NCBI GenBank assembly: GCA_977862235.1
Contig: OZ374558.1
Coordinates: 2,294,001 to 2,358,000 of the forward strand
DNA: 64,000 nt
Origin: Dudresnaya verticillata
Lineage: Eukaryota
Direction of reading: 5' to 3'
In this document: positions 34,745 through 46,095 of the stretch, in pieces
How the letters are laid out: each line of letters opens with the position of its first letter
Position numbering within the stretch: the stretch's first letter is position 1
Program-made: the position numbers and the translations under genes
Notes under the pieces: model-generated
Told to the model about the DNA's origin: nothing
The model's input: only the letters and a program-made list of their open reading frames with translations
Databases searched by the model: none

Positions 34745-36364
34745 ATGTACAAGCTAATCGACAACAGAAATGGTCTGGGCCCGTACTTCGTCTTCGTAGC
34801 CCGCTCGACGCAGATAACACATGCTAACCGGAGCAACATCGCCACATTTCTCACACCAAACATGCATGTAACCCCGCTGCGCACCTCCCGTTTCCAGACA
34901 GACATCACGCCGCAGCACGACGATTTCATGGTTGCCGTTTTCTCCCTTCTTCTGCTCCTGGCTATTCAGGGAATCCTCACGTCCATCATCCTGCGTCGCG
35001 TCTCCACTCGCGCTGGCCCAGGATCCGTATCTACTTTTGGTTTCTCGCTAGCTCACGCGCTACACCTCGCGCGCGACTACCGTCCGTTGCAGGCTTTCAT
35101 CAGTCGAGGCAAGCATCCACAGGGCCAGCACACTGCAACGTTACCTCGTCCATCCCACCGCCACCGTCACATCAACCGTCGGCTAGCCGTATCTGCGCTG
35201 GTATTGTTACTACTAACGTTTGGATTAGAGTTCCTGATTCTCTTCTACTCATCCCCAGGTCTCGTCGCCGTCTCGAATGGAGTTGCATCTCTAGGACTCA
35301 AGCAGCCGGTTCTGCCACGGTGGGGCGCCGTTCGTGCTGCGACTCAGCAGGCCTCCGCTGCGCCGTGCGGTGTAGTGCTCTTCGAGGGGGTCGACCAGCG
35401 CCGCACTCGCGTCACAACCTGCGTTTCTTCCACTGTCCCGTCGACGGACCGTGAGATCTTCAAGCCCATCCCATCCGGTAATCAAAGTATCACGATCCAC
35501 TCGGATTTACACGATTACGGTGCCGTTCATCGGCTCATCATAGATGGACAGTCTGCCAATTACTCTTCTATGGCGTATTTCCGCCTCGAGGATGGACGGG
35601 GATGCATCCTGCCAGAACGTACTCGTAAGCGCAACCGGTTCCCTTCCATGCGGCTTGCACACAAGACGCTGATCGGGTTTCTTGCATCCGCGTATAATCT
35701 GGACACGGGCGAGCAGCGTTTCGACGTCGACGTGCTCAGAAACCTGGAGTTGGAGCATGAAAACGTCAACGGGCCCGATATTGAGGTACTCAAGCTAAAC
35801 AAGGTCGAGCGCTTCCTTCGCGTGGTTTCAGATCGTTACACGACAACAGGCACAATCCCAGCCATTGGGGCAGGTCCAGCCCTCAGCTTTGCGCATACGG
35901 TATTTAAGGCTATGAGCGGCGTTGAGGTCACTGGTCCGGCTACGGTGGACCTGTTTCAAGGTTCTGGAAGCAAGAACGAGCACCCCACGATCGTCTGGTA
36001 CGAGCACGGGCGATTACTCAATTGGCTGACGCTACTGGTTGTCCTCTCCTCTACTATGATCGTTCTCTTCGCGCTGAGGGTATTGCTGCGCCCAGCCTCC
36101 ACAGCGGACATTGCAGGTCTGTTTGTAAAGCAAGGCGTTGGGGCTACTAACGAAAGATCTCCCGTGCAGGGACAGGGCGAGAAGGAGGACCTCGACCTGT
36201 TCTCGTTTACTGATGAAGAATTGGGGATTGATTCTAGTTCTCACGGGCGTCAGGAAGAAGAGGAAAACGACGACTATGATACACTTCGCAGTAAGGAGTT
36301 TGCAAGCTGGGCTCGTTCTGGGACTGATTTGAATAGCTTGCCGTCGCAGAGCGAAGATGCGTAA
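34745..36364 (+). CDS. Uncharacterised membrane protein, 539 aa, three predicted TM helices
   Basis: Long intronless ORF with hydrophobic segments VAVFSLLLLLAIQGIL, LAVSALVLLLLTFGLEFLILFY and LLNWLTLLVVLSSTMIVLFAL. Colinear paralog at 39074-40606. Confidence 0.85.
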   Translation: MYKLIDNRNGLGPYFVFVARSTQITHANRSNIATFLTPNMHVTPLRTSRFQTDITPQHDDFMVAVFSLLLLLAIQGILTSIILRRVSTRAGPGSVSTFGFSLAHALHLARDYRPLQAFISRGKHPQGQHTATLPRPSHRHRHINRRLAVSALVLLLLTFGLEFLILFYSSPGLVAVSNGVASLGLKQPVLPRWGAVRAATQQASAAPCGVVLFEGVDQRRTRVTTCVSSTVPSTDREIFKPIPSGNQSITIHSDLHDYGAVHRLIIDGQSANYSSMAYFRLEDGRGCILPERTRKRNRFPSMRLAHKTLIGFLASAYNLDTGEQRFDVDVLRNLELEHENVNGPDIEVLKLNKVERFLRVVSDRYTTTGTIPAIGAGPALSFAHTVFKAMSGVEVTGPATVDLFQGSGSKNEHPTIVWYEHGRLLNWLTLLVVLSSTMIVLFALRVLLRPASTADIAGLFVKQGVGATNERSPVQGQGEKEDLDLFSFTDEELGIDSSSHGRQEEEENDDYDTLRSKEFASWARSGTDLNSLPSQSEDA

Positions 36365-39073
36365 TCTTGCTGGCCTGAGAGATACGTTTGTGTAGCCGAA
36401 CAAACAGCCTCAGCAGTGGACTGCTACCGAATTCCGTAGAGAGAACAACTTGCAGCTGACGCGCGGAACTTACAGCACTGTAGCATTCCAAAATATCTCG
36501 GCCGCCCAATCAATAGGCGCAAATCTGCCAGAATGCCGTAGCGTCAGGTCAGCTGTCACAAGGCTTTGGCCCGGAAAACGCATGCGCAAACGCCGCTGCT
36601 GTGCTTCTGGGCCGCACTTTTTCGCCGCCTTGCCTTCGTCTTGTTCGGCAGAACGAAGCGCTTCACGGCAAGATCCTGCTTGTTCTCGAAGAGAGCGCCG
36701 GGGGCGGCGTGGCGGAGGCGCACCCGACTGCGTGACAGTGCGCCCTTGACTGACCCGCGGTGCTGCGCGTTGGGCAAAGCTGATGACATCGGGAAATGGC
36801 AGGCGTAGCAGGAGCCCACTTGACGGCGCGTGTGGGACTGCAGCGGAAGGCGAGGCGGCTGACTCAGCGGGCTTGGCAGGCTACGGAGACTTCGCGTACA
36901 TCCTCGCACGCGCTACACCGAGGGCTTCACGGCATGTACTCGTGAAAGAGACCAGTGTCATACACGGGCACCACCAGTTTTTTGTTTGTATGGTTTCCAG
37001 CGGATGGATGTCGCCGGTAAGAGATCTGGGTCCCGTGGGCGGGCAAGGGTGAGACCCTAAGTGCGGTCGTCTGTGGTACAGTAGGGCCTTCCGGATTGAA
37101 GTGATGATGCGAACTCCCCATTGACAGACACCCATCGACAAGATGATGACGATGACGAGACTCGCTGTATTCGCTTTGATGCGAAACCTCCTCTTTGCTG
37201 CATTTGCGTCTTGCGTGACCTAGTGACATTCTGACTCTTCGGACTTAGGAGGCGAATGAAGGTTCACCTTCGAGGAAAAATCACGCTGTACGTGCGACTG
37301 AGTGTGCATGCTCGAGGAGCTACAGCATTGGTGCCCATCTGCTGTTGTACCGAGCGGCTGTGGAAAGGGTGGCGACGTGATTCGTGGTTTTAACCATTGG
37401 ACTGGAAAAGATTAGCAACCTGTGCAGTTGCACTGATGGCAAAGCGTAGTGCTTTGGACATGTCGCAGAGAAGTGCGACAAACACAAATGTGAGCAGCGT
37501 GCAGAGTGAAGCTCAGGCCGTGCGCGCTACGTCGCAGAACTGCGTTTGACTCCACGCCAGTGGCTATTTCCGTCGCTTCTAGAACGAAGATGCCTTTGAG
37601 AACGAACAGAACACACAGTTTGTAAAATGTGTGGCAGATAGATGGTACAGATCCATCTCCGCGCTTGTTTATTAGGTCGTAGAGGGTGGCACGCAGTAGA
37701 GATTCTGCGGTAACAAGCAGTTCAGCGAGCAGTTCAGTTTCCGAGTCCCTGTCCCTTCAGTTTCCAACTGCGGTGGAGCTGTTTGCGCTCGCCCGGCTCT
37801 TCTGCAGTCTGGCACGTGCTTTGCTTGAAAGGTATTGGCTCAATGTTCGGCTTAACAGAATGTTGGCGGTGGCGTTGGCTTGGTTTACGGCAAATGCGAG
37901 CTGCTGCTTGCTTTTCGACTCCTTGCCGGAAGATCCTTTGCCGATAACGCGCTTTTCAGGAACACAAGCAAACAGGACCTGCACAGCAACTTGAGGTTCG
38001 GCCCGTCCAGCTCCGCAGCTCAGACCTTTTGCTCAAAGCTGCGAGCGCAAGCTGTTTGCAGTCGCAGAGAACTCTCATGCCGGTGCCGCCAAGTCCACCG
38101 GAAGCACTACAGAGCGCGCACGCAACGTTACGCAAGGCCCGCATCTCTCATTAATTGCGCCAGCGCGGCATGTCGCCAGCGCGCCACCCGGCACGACCCG
38201 GTTGGCCGACGCCGCGAAAACAGCGCGCCCATTGGGCGGCGGATTGACACCGCGCGCGACGATTCACTTTTGACAAGACGTCATCCCGTCACGCCGTCGC
38301 GAGAGTCAGAACTGCGTGTAAAGGGAGCTGCGCTGCGCGCGCGCGAATTCGCCGTCGCCACCGCGCCGGACACACCCTCGGCAGGCAGCGGACTGTCTGC
38401 ACGGGCTGTCTGCCCGCACCGCCCGAGCGCACGTAGTGCAAAGCTGGAGATGAAGGAAGCGCGCTTCTCCTACCTCCAGCGAGGCTGCTCCTGCTGCGTT
38501 CTTCGTTGCAACTGCAAGTGCCTCACAAAGCAGCGTCAGGCTCCCAAGCTTGCACACCCCCCGGCGCGCGCCGCTTGTTCCCGGCCTCGTTGGCGTTGGC
38601 ACGGACGGTCCCCGGAGCAGACGGAGCCGCGCGCCGACAATTCCGTCGCGTCGCCTGATTTCTCCACGCCACGACGGGAGCGTCTTGCCTTGCGCTGTGC
38701 GGAGGAGAGAAGGAAAGAAGAAGAGGCTCTAGCAAGGAGGCTCTATCTTTTGCTACACAAGGAACAAGGGGAAGGGTGAACAGCAGAGGCATTGCAGTAA
38801 CGCAACGCGACACCACCGCGGTCGATCTACAAGACCAATCTGTCAATAAGACGAAGAGAATTCTCCGAACTGCCACTATTCAATCTGACTGCTGCACCTA
38901 CGACACCCCTCCAACGTCGCGCTGGTCGCTACAAGGTCGCAACAGCTTTGCGCATCGCGGAAGTCGTGCATCGTTACGTTCAGGCCTCTAGAAACTCGTC
39001 CGCTGCACCTCGTGGCTCAAGCCGTTCTCAATTACTGCAAACGCCGCTTAGAACCCCGCTCCACACAGCCGCC

Positions 39074-40606
39074 ATGGCGCTGGAGCCAGGCCGCTTCTAT
39101 CAGATCCCGGACAACCGCGGCGACGATTACTTCACCTTCATCGGTCCGGAAGAGTCGCGAACAGTCAACACCACCATCCCAACCGACATTGTCAACTTCC
39201 TTCAAGAAGAGATGGACGTCACCCCCCGCGCCACCACCGTGCTCACGCGCGACCTGACTCCGCGTGACGACGTCCTCATCGCGGTTATATCTCTCCTGCT
39301 AATATTATGCATCGAGGGCATCGTAACCACCGTCCTGATGCGCACAGCCCGCGGCTCGGTCTCCAACTTCGGCTTCTCCGTCAAACAGTTTGTCGAGCTC
39401 GTGCGTGACTTCCGCTTCCGCCACCTGCTGCACGGCCGCAACGCAGGCTTGTCAGGCCCACGCGGCATCAACCCGAAGCTCCTGCTTGTGGCTGTCTTCT
39501 TTCTTGTATCAACATTCGCCGTCGAGGTTCTCGTCCTCTTCCTCTCCGCACCCACCCTTCTCGAGGTCTCCAACTCGGACTTCTCGTTCGGACTCCGGCA
39601 GCCGCTCAACCCTGACTGGCGCCTTGTCCGGTTTCACTCTCGAGCGTCGATGTTCCGTCCCTGTACCGCACTCTCGCTCAGAGGGGTTGAGCAGGGGAGA
39701 ACAAGCATTTCGACATGCCTCACGTCCACTGTCCGTGTGGGTACCGGAAAGATCTTCGAAAAGACTGAAGGTGATGTCGAGTACGAAATCACGACAGATC
39801 TCCACAAGTATGGAGCTGAACACAAAGTGAAAGTCGGCGAAATTCCTGCAGCGCATTATTCGGCACGCTGCTACTTCAGCCTTCTTGACAACCGAGAGCG
39901 ACTCATGTCCGAGCGTGGGGAAAAGCCCCGCGAGGAAATGCAAGTATACCAAATTCACAAGCAGTATCTTGCATTTCTATTCACCTCCTATCTGCGGGCG
40001 ACAAAGGACAAAAAGCGAATTACGGCGGATGTACTCAACTCGGTGAACGATGGCATGACTCACAAGCCTAGCGCTGGAGGTAGAGTTAAGGTCATCAAGG
40101 TGCGAGGAAAGGATGAGTATGAAACGGTGTCATATAAACGTTATGTGACAACGTTTACTGCTCCAAGTGTCGGTGATGCGGCTGCTCTGACATACGCCCA
40201 AGCGGTTTTCAAGTCTAGCATTGGAGTGCAAGTCGATCGTGGGAGTGAAAGAGATCTTGTAATGGGGAGTGGGCGTTTGGAGGAACATCGGGGCGTGGGT
40301 CTTTGGAGAGAAGAGGCTCGCGACCTCAGCTGGTTCTCACTTAGCTTGGCCCTCATCCTTTCTCTAATCGCGTTAGCCATCTTACGCGCCATTCTACGTC
40401 CGGTTGGGACAATTGATATCGCCGGTGCATACGTCAAGGAGTTGGTCGGGGCAGACCAGCAGCGAGCGCCACTGCAAATGGACGACCGAGAACGACCATA
40501 CTTTTACATCGGATACGTGTCGAACGGAACTGATTACAGATATGGAGCTGAGACGGACGATGGATGGAAGCGCGTTATGGAAGAAGAATATGACGGTAAA
40601 CCTTGA
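39074..40606 (+). CDS. Uncharacterised membrane protein, 510 aa, paralog of 34745-36364
   Basis: ATG in GCCGCCATGG context. Shares GSVSxFGFS, GLxQP..PxW, PC...GV.Q.RT...TC, DLHxYGAxH, YF.L.D and DIAG..VK..VGA with the first copy. Confidence 0.85.
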   Translation: MALEPGRFYQIPDNRGDDYFTFIGPEESRTVNTTIPTDIVNFLQEEMDVTPRATTVLTRDLTPRDDVLIAVISLLLILCIEGIVTTVLMRTARGSVSNFGFSVKQFVELVRDFRFRHLLHGRNAGLSGPRGINPKLLLVAVFFLVSTFAVEVLVLFLSAPTLLEVSNSDFSFGLRQPLNPDWRLVRFHSRASMFRPCTALSLRGVEQGRTSISTCLTSTVRVGTGKIFEKTEGDVEYEITTDLHKYGAEHKVKVGEIPAAHYSARCYFSLLDNRERLMSERGEKPREEMQVYQIHKQYLAFLFTSYLRATKDKKRITADVLNSVNDGMTHKPSAGGRVKVIKVRGKDEYETVSYKRYVTTFTAPSVGDAAALTYAQAVFKSSIGVQVDRGSERDLVMGSGRLEEHRGVGLWREEARDLSWFSLSLALILSLIALAILRAILRPVGTIDIAGAYVKELVGADQQRAPLQMDDRERPYFYIGYVSNGTDYRYGAETDDGWKRVMEEEYDGKP

Positions 40607-43016
40607 CGTTATAGTTCGGCCCTTCGCGATTCACGAGGGTTTCGAAGCATGCGTCATGTTGGGCATTGTCACCGAGGTAATGAGTGCTTTTCGACAGAAC
40701 GAGATGCCGTAGTCAAGATGACTTCACATGCTTCTGCAAGACCGCAGGCTCATCCCCACCCCTTTCTTTGCGAACATTTGGAAATTTGAAGGTTTAACTC
40801 GAACAGTACAGCTCCAGGGCATGAGCAATGAATCAATACGCAGTTCTAGTCAGCTAAGGTTACATCTCTCGGTGGACAAATTGGCCACTGGCGCCGTCAA
40901 GTCCCACTGAGCACTTTACTGAAACGCCGGAGTACAAATTTCTCATGCGTCCAAACGTTAGGTGTTCTGCCTTGGAACGTTACAACCGCCTTAGATGCGA
41001 ATAGTAGACCGTATGGAATACCTTCTCTGCTCTCAAAGGAAACTGCCTGCGTCAGCCGTGCTCGAAGTATTATTCATATATGCGGAGACTACGCGTTATG
41101 TTCAGGATGAGGAGAAGGCAAACAAAAAGTGGATGCGACTTTAGGAATGGTTTCGAATTGGCTGAGATGCTGGAAGGATGCCATCACTAAGCGTGGCCAA
41201 GAAGACTCAGAAATGTTGCCGGGGGCTGAATGCTGGGTTGTGAACTTGATATCTAGGTTAGCGAAATTTTGATTCACACAACACCGGCACCGTTCCTTGC
41301 AGCTCCGGCACAACAGACCAGAAACAAAGCCGGATGCGGACGTTTTCGAGAGGACCCTCGTCAAGAATCAGTACAAGCGCAATCTTGATATCCTAAGGCA
41401 GAGTTTCGAAGGCGTAAGTGGTGCGGTCATAGTCTTCACTGGTTACCTCCGGAAGTCGCAATGGCGTCTCCCGCGCAGCTCCAAAACGCGGCGGTGATGC
41501 CCCATTACTCGCAGCTAATACCATACGCAGACGTCCCCTTGGCCGTTGCTTGCCACCTCTCCCAGCAAAGCCCAGACAGAAGGAGCAGACCTCGCCAGCC
41601 AGTCGTCGGGCAGACAAGCTTTCTGCGATTTGGAAATACGCGAGGGTCACCGAGAGCAACAGCCTAGTTTCAACGATGGATTTGCTGCGCAGCTACAGGA
41701 GTTGCTGGCGTTCGCGAGAAAGCCAATCGTGTTGATGGGCTTCTGGGTTTCAGCGGTTTGTTCGAGCTAGTGCGTGAGGAACGGTCACTTCTGGGATTTG
41801 TTGCACGACCGCAGTGCGGAGCCTTCCAACCTTTGTGAGGATAACAGCGAAGCTGCTGGCACGCCATTGTCGCCCTTTTCCGTCTATTTGCAGCGTAAAC
41901 TCGCGTACTTGGCAATTATGCTCTATAGCGCTCGCCATGTGATGATTCAAGGAGTATTTGAAGGTGGTCATTCGCGGGCGACACGGGCCCATTAGGAGGA
42001 ACACCAGCCCTGAGGGCCAAAGTAGCGTTACAATACCATATGATGTTCCACAATACTCAACTTTTGAGTGTGTCGGCTTCGGCAGCTCTCACCATGTGTG
42101 CTACCCTTCCTTCCCCTTAGCGGCCACCCTGCGCGGGAGGTGTTGAACTTGCTTGTTGAACTTAGACATCTCGCTCGGACTCGCGGGCAGCCACGCAACC
42201 CCCGCCGGGTGCAATTTCCGTATGCACTCGCAAGCGGTGAGCGTGAGCGCTCGACGGGCAGCAACGAGTGTGCAATGAGAGAGATAGACCTTATTGAAGA
42301 ACAAGAGTTCTGCCCCCTTAAGGGGCTTTGGAATCCGAGCTACCGTAAAGGGGCGGTGGAGCTAGCTTGCGGCGATTGACACTCACCGCGCGAAAACAGC
42401 CTCTCCGTCACCGGCGCGGCCAGCGCCCGCCATTGCAAGCCGCGCGCGCGCACGTTGCGCCGCGCGCCGCTCCAGCACACGCGCCGCGCAGTCCACGGCG
42501 GGCGAGCGCAAGCGCGAGAGACGCGTACCACTGGGCCGACACAAGTGCAGGTGCGCCCTGCATGCACCGCGCCGCGCGCCGCCTGACAGCTGCCGCGAGG
42601 GGAGAGGCGCGCACGCCTCCCCGCCCCGTGTGCCGACGCCGCCAGCACGTGGGACGTGTGCTCGCGGCGATGACAGGCGCTTGCGCTCGCTTCTCCATGC
42701 GCAGCTTGTCACTCTTCGCGCCGTAGACCGAGCGTGGTGCTTCCAGCAGCGAGCAGCAGCGCGCGTTTACTGTATTCGCTTCCATATCGTCGGGCGCTTC
42801 TGCACGCGGGCTGCGAAGGCGGACTCTTTGTTCCAAGTCGCTGGCGATTTGCTAAGCGCGCAGGGCTCGCTTCCCCGCGTATCGCTAACAACTTCCGCGC
42901 GCTTTCAATGCTTTCGTGCGCCCCGATAACGATAACCAACCCTCCCCGTTGCGCGCGCCAATATTCACGGCCAGCCCTTTGCAACAAATGCACACACCCG
43001 CCTTCGTCAAGTGCAA

Positions 43017-44621
43017 TCACGAAACATGTTCCATACGGCACTTCCTCACTTCCCTGGAGAGCCTTCTTACCGAGCGCTGTCGCGCAACACAGTACCCCAC
43101 GACACAAAGACCAGACATACACTGCACGCCGCTCCGGCACCTCGCGCATTTTCGTAACTTCTTCCCCACGTTGCGGCACGCGACCCGCGCCACGCCGCCG
43201 CGGGGAACGCAGACCCCTTTCGTGCAGACCCCGGAGCGGCACTGCGTTCCGCGCACGCATTGTTCGCAATTGTCCCTCGCAGACGCGCCACTGTGCGTCT
43301 CGCAATGTGCGCCCGCGCGGCGACAAACCCCTCGCTCGCACCGCCCTGAGCGGCACTCGCTCCCGCGTCCGCACGCCGCGCAGTCGGCCACCAGCGAAAC
43401 AGCCTGTTTGCACGCTTGCTCCCCACCGACGGGCTGGCAGCGCCCGCGCGTGCAAGTCCTGGAGCTGCATTGCGCCGCGTGGCGGCACGGCTGGCACGCG
43501 GGTAAAAGCGTGCTTGGTTTGCATGCCGAGGAATCGCTCGTGCCGAAAGGCAAGCAAATCCTGCCAATGCAGTTCTTTGACGAGCAATGGCTGTTGCGGA
43601 AGCATGCCTGACAAAGCGCCCTTCCCTTGCTGAGTTTGTCCTTCCCCTTCCTTCCCGGCTTCCCCGCTCGCTTGCTGGGGAAGCACTTGCGCCGAGATGC
43701 CCTTGTGTCGTGGATGCACTTCAAATGTCGGCATAACCCTGTCTCGCACTGCGCGTCCCCTAGGCACCGTTCACATTCTCGGCGCAGTGACGGAGGTTTT
43801 GCCTTGCCGTTGTTGCTGTTCTCCTTCTGGAAACACATCATTTTTGAGAACTTGGTCGGCAGCACACATTTCCCCTTCCAGCACAACCCGGTTGAGCATT
43901 CCTCATTGGTGACACACTTCGAGCATGCGAGCTTGAGCTTCACCTTTCCTTCCAGGCGATACCGTGAATCACACAACGAAGGTTGCTTGCCAACGTCGAT
44001 GCATCTCCCCGCCTGGCATCTCAAGCTTTTGCATTGCGAGTCTTTTCGGCATACTGCACATTGTGGCAGCCGTTGCGTAGGGGAATAGGGGCAACCCAAG
44101 CCCGTCAAAGATGCACATCGTCGACTACGGCATGCTCCAGACCTGCAATCACCATCTCTTCGACAACGGGCACAGGATGGAAGCTTGGAACGCGGCTTCA
44201 GACAGCGACGTACAGAGTATGGGTTAGAGCGCAAGACGCAAAGCGAGTAGAAACACTTTTGCGAAGCGCATTCTGCATCTTGTGTGCAGGAGGAGCACTC
44301 AGACCGCTTCCCTTGCTTGGCAAATGGCGATAGTGAGCAAGGATGCGCCTTGCTAGCACAGCGGAAGAAGATGCATCTATCGCTGTTGCATTGAGAGTTG
44401 TGCTTGCAACGGGCGCATGTGGGTCGGCGAGGATGCAGTCGACTTTGGAAGCAGCGCGACGAGGATGGGTTTCTTCTCGTTGTGCAACGCCCGACGAAGC
44501 AAATAAACGGACGCAGGCAGTCCTCGTCCGTAGCGCAGGGCTCGCAAAGCTTCTTCGCGCCGCAAAAGGTTAGGAACGTAAGTAGCAGCACGATAGGGAT
44601 TATGTTTCTCTGAGTAGGCAT
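43017..44621 (-). CDS. Secreted cysteine-rich repeat protein, 534 aa
   Basis: Signal-peptide-like MPTQRNIIPIVLLLTFLTFCGA, then 12 units of Cx2Cx5Cx4(-5)Cx4C plus a trailing Cys. Very basic. Confidence 0.85.
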   Translation of the reverse strand: MPTQRNIIPIVLLLTFLTFCGAKKLCEPCATDEDCLRPFICFVGRCTTRRNPSSSRCFQSRLHPRRPTCARCKHNSQCNSDRCIFFRCASKAHPCSLSPFAKQGKRSECSSCTQDAECASQKCFYSLCVLRSNPYSVRRCLKPRSKLPSCARCRRDGDCRSGACRSRRCASLTGLGCPYSPTQRLPQCAVCRKDSQCKSLRCQAGRCIDVGKQPSLCDSRYRLEGKVKLKLACSKCVTNEECSTGLCWKGKCVLPTKFSKMMCFQKENSNNGKAKPPSLRRECERCLGDAQCETGLCRHLKCIHDTRASRRKCFPSKRAGKPGRKGKDKLSKGRALCQACFRNSHCSSKNCIGRICLPFGTSDSSACKPSTLLPACQPCRHAAQCSSRTCTRGRCQPVGGEQACKQAVSLVADCAACGRGSECRSGRCERGVCRRAGAHCETHSGASARDNCEQCVRGTQCRSGVCTKGVCVPRGGVARVACRNVGKKLRKCARCRSGVQCMSGLCVVGYCVARQRSVRRLSREVRKCRMEHVS

Positions 44622-44800
44622 CTCGAGGACGTCCTGGACTAGGCGAGTTGAAGGGAAGTTGGTGGAGGGTGGAGAACGCTGCTGTACCCAGAGCAGCCAT
44701 CGGGAGAGCATTTGTATTTTGAAACTGACCTCCGGGCAATGTTTGGCGGTCAACCGTTCTCTCAAGGGAGAGGTGGGTGCATCGTGCAGAGACGGCTGAC

Positions 44801-44802
<2 letters not shown>

Positions 44803-44841
<39 letters not shown>
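44803..44841. repeat. (CT)n microsatellite
   Basis: Perfect CT run upstream of the Cys-rich gene. Confidence 0.95.
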
Positions 44842-44844
<3 letters not shown>

Positions 44845-46095
44845 CGCCCTAGCGGTGAATGCAATCTGGTATGCGGCCCCTTGCAGTGATGGCCGGCATT
44901 CTTGCTTCATGAATCTCTTTGTTGTCTCCCTGCACCGAGCCCTAGCCTTCGCGCAGATATTCGGGAACTTTATGCTTCTCTACAGAGAGAGTGCGGAGCT
45001 TTACTCGCCAAAGCGATAGGGGTGCAAGGGTACCCGCGGTGGTTTTTTAAGAGTTTTTTAAGCGCTGGAAACCTTCTCCCCATAAAACTAAACATGGCGA
45101 GGAACGTGAAGCCGACTGCTTCAAACGCTCCAACGAGATGTCCTATTTTATTGTTGTGCTTAGAGAAATTTACTGTAGTACACACGACTTACGCCAGAGT
45201 TAGTAGTGTGACAGTTAGAAGAGCCCGCACGTGGCTTAAGGTACTTGCAGACGAGGTAATTATGAACCTGGAGGGTCTGCGCGCGGTAGTTTCCAAACGC
45301 TTTGCTCATCGGTCAGGGGCTTTCATCATCCCACAAGGCCGTAAAGCTACTCCACTGGTGACCACCTGGTGCGAAGCTGCTCAGGGATGCCGTTGTGGAA
45401 TTGGGTTTGGCTTGAACAGCGCATATGCCAGCTATAAATAGCATGTTTTCTACACGTGTCCAATCGATATTGCTCCGCCTGTGTGCGGTGCAGCAAACTC
45501 CAAACAAAGGGTGTTCTTACCAGTCACGGATGATATAAGAAAGGTCTTGCGGTTGAAACCATCCTCCGCTGCCCCACACGGAAATGCTGTAAACCGTTTT
45601 CCAAGACATGACGACCGCTGCAGTATCTATTAAGGTAGTAGGTCTTGCAGTCGAGCCGAGTGACCGGTGACATATGGGCTGTTCTCGACACTTGGCAAGT
45701 CTTTTGACAACCGCATGACTGCAGTTCAAATAGAGGATTTTATTAATGAAATAGTCGTTTAGGGAGTGCTGCAGCATCTCTACCCCATCCCCGACCCGCC
45801 TACCAGAGCAGCCCTGACCCACCTAGTCCCAACTTCCCCCCGGGCAGCTTCCAAAAACGATCTCGCTTTGAACGTCCTATTTTCCTTTGCCTTCCACTAG
45901 CGCCCACTCCCTGATCAGCGCCCCTACTTACGCCCACCGCCCCCCGATCCGATCGCCACCGACCACCCCTCCTCTCTCCGCCACTCCTTCCAACCACTAG
46001 TCGTGATCGCCACTTGTCCTCCATTCTCTTGGTTTTTCTCTGACTTCGTCGCATCCTTGTCGTCATAACCCGCGGTCTCTGCGTCACCACTAAAG

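Noticed and set aside
37880..38779. 299-aa ORF
   Set aside because: Non-ATG start and R/A/S-rich composition typical of a spurious GC-rich frame upstream of the 39074 gene.
42709..44088. Long overlapping ORFs (352, 299 and 231 aa)
   Set aside because: Shadow frames of the Cys-rich gene.
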